64,000 bases of DNA from Eledone cirrhosa. Taxonomy: Eukaryota. The translations under genes were made by a program, and so were the position numbers. Positions 62,572 through 64,000 of this stretch are shown here, piece after piece. The stretch covers positions 360,778,001 to 360,842,000 of the forward strand of contig OZ024740.1 of NCBI GenBank assembly GCA_964016885.1. The letters are read 5' to 3'. Each line of letters opens with the position of its first letter. Position 1 is the stretch's first letter. The notes under the pieces were generated by a model. It searched no databases, was not told the DNA's origin, and saw nothing but the letters and a program-made list of their open reading frames with translations.

Positions 62572-63265
62572 CGATAATATTTAACTCTGTTCCCACACCA
62601 CCAACAGGATTAAACATGGATGAATTGCGTAACGTCGAGTGCTTTCCTACTATTACATCATGGTTAACAATGCGGAATGACCAATTCTACCCAGTGGTGA
62701 ACCACCAAAATTTTAAACATACGGTATATTGCCAAATATACTACACATACATTCATGTATACATCGCTATTTCAGAGCACCATTCCTAATAACTAATTTT
62801 TGCTGGACCGGCAATCACTCTGTATAATCAGCTCCTGATTATTACTGGAATTCTATAAGAATCCAGCTTCTATAATTTTCAGTGGAAGCAGGGGGTGCGT
62901 GGCTCTGATGATCACCAGCCAGCGTGAAACAGACTGTTAGCTTCTCTCCCTTCTTTTGCCGAAAAGAAGTGACATAGTCACTACTTTAAAACCGATAACG
63001 TATGGTCTTCTAAATGTTTTTAATTAAACATACAGTATATTGCCAAATATACTATACATACATTCATATCATCATCATCATTTTACGTCCACATTTCCCT
63101 GCTTGCAAGGGTGGGACGAGAGCTGATTCTGGCTTAATTTCTACAGCTGGATATCCTTCCTAACACCAACCTCATTTACAGTGAGTGATGGGTGCTTTTT
63201 TGCCGTGGCACCTCCACGACCACTTTGCAATGGAATGATAGGGACCCAGTCCCTCAAGAATTGAG

Positions 63266-63297
<32 letters not shown>

Positions 63298-64000
63298 TCA
63301 TCATCAATATATATATGTATATATATATATATAATATGTATATATGCATGTATGTATATATATTAATATTAGGGTGGCAAATTGAGTCATCATTACTGTA
63401 AGATGGAGTAAATCTTTTTTCATTATGAAGACTAAGGAATTATAAAAGAATGTAAGCATTTGAAAGTTTTGCAAAAGATTACAGGTTTTGTATAAAAAAT
63501 TGTTGTACACTACATTACCGTAAATATACATATATTTAAAACTATATACTATACTATATGCCACACAAGAAAGGCAGTTTAAACTTTTATTCATTGTGTA
63601 TAACATATTCCTATTATTTACATTAAATAATTTGATCAAATCCAGGCTGACCAAATTATTTATATTACATAATTTGGTCAATAGCAGGCTGACTTTGTTT
63701 ACCAAATATGATTGTGCCAGAGTTTTAGGAATATGTTTAGAAAGTTGATTGGTACTTTATTTCATCAACCTTGGATCGATAAACTTTGTTAGGATTTGTA
63801 CTATGAGCACAGAAAGCCAAAACAAACACTGCAAAGCGTTCTCTTTGATGATTAAATGATCCTGCCACTTTACCACCATCTTAATAACTTAATAATGAGA
63901 AAGTTAGTTATTTTACTAAATCATTTCAGATTCATGATTATTTTCAAAATTAATTGAAACATTTATACAGTGTATTTTATAAGAAATATATTTTTCAAAT

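Overview
AT-rich, repeat-dense animal genomic DNA. The repeat repertoire (RTE LINEs with (GAT)n tails, tRNA-derived SINEs, long (TA)n tracts) suggests a cephalopod, probably an octopod; this is an inference. Two spliced host genes lie on the minus strand. One is an ankyrin-repeat gene with exons at 10384-10974, 7999-8145, 7698-7811, 6635-6769 and 3878-4003, and a candidate first exon at 21114-21150 with a GC donor; no terminal exon was found. The other is the 3' part of a RUFY1/2-like coiled-coil + FYVE gene with exons at 47617-47746, 45647-45741, 39282-39408 and 37849-37986. The rest is mostly transposon debris: a near-full-length RTE LINE with a PHD-like finger inside ORF2, many RTE fragments, CR1, CRE and R4-type remnants, a Gypsy integrase piece, a non-autonomous Helitron, and piggyBac/Tc1/Tigger-like MITEs. 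The most striking signal is a set of at least 8 fold-back palindromes of several unrelated sequence families. Three carry complete minimal hammerhead ribozyme motifs (CTGANGA-stem II-GAAA-stem III-NUH) and most of the others carry the 3' half of one. They always read outward from the symmetry centre, as expected for inverted Penelope-like element (PLE) termini, and most sit in introns of the two genes. All calls were made by eye without database searches; repeat boundaries are approximate.
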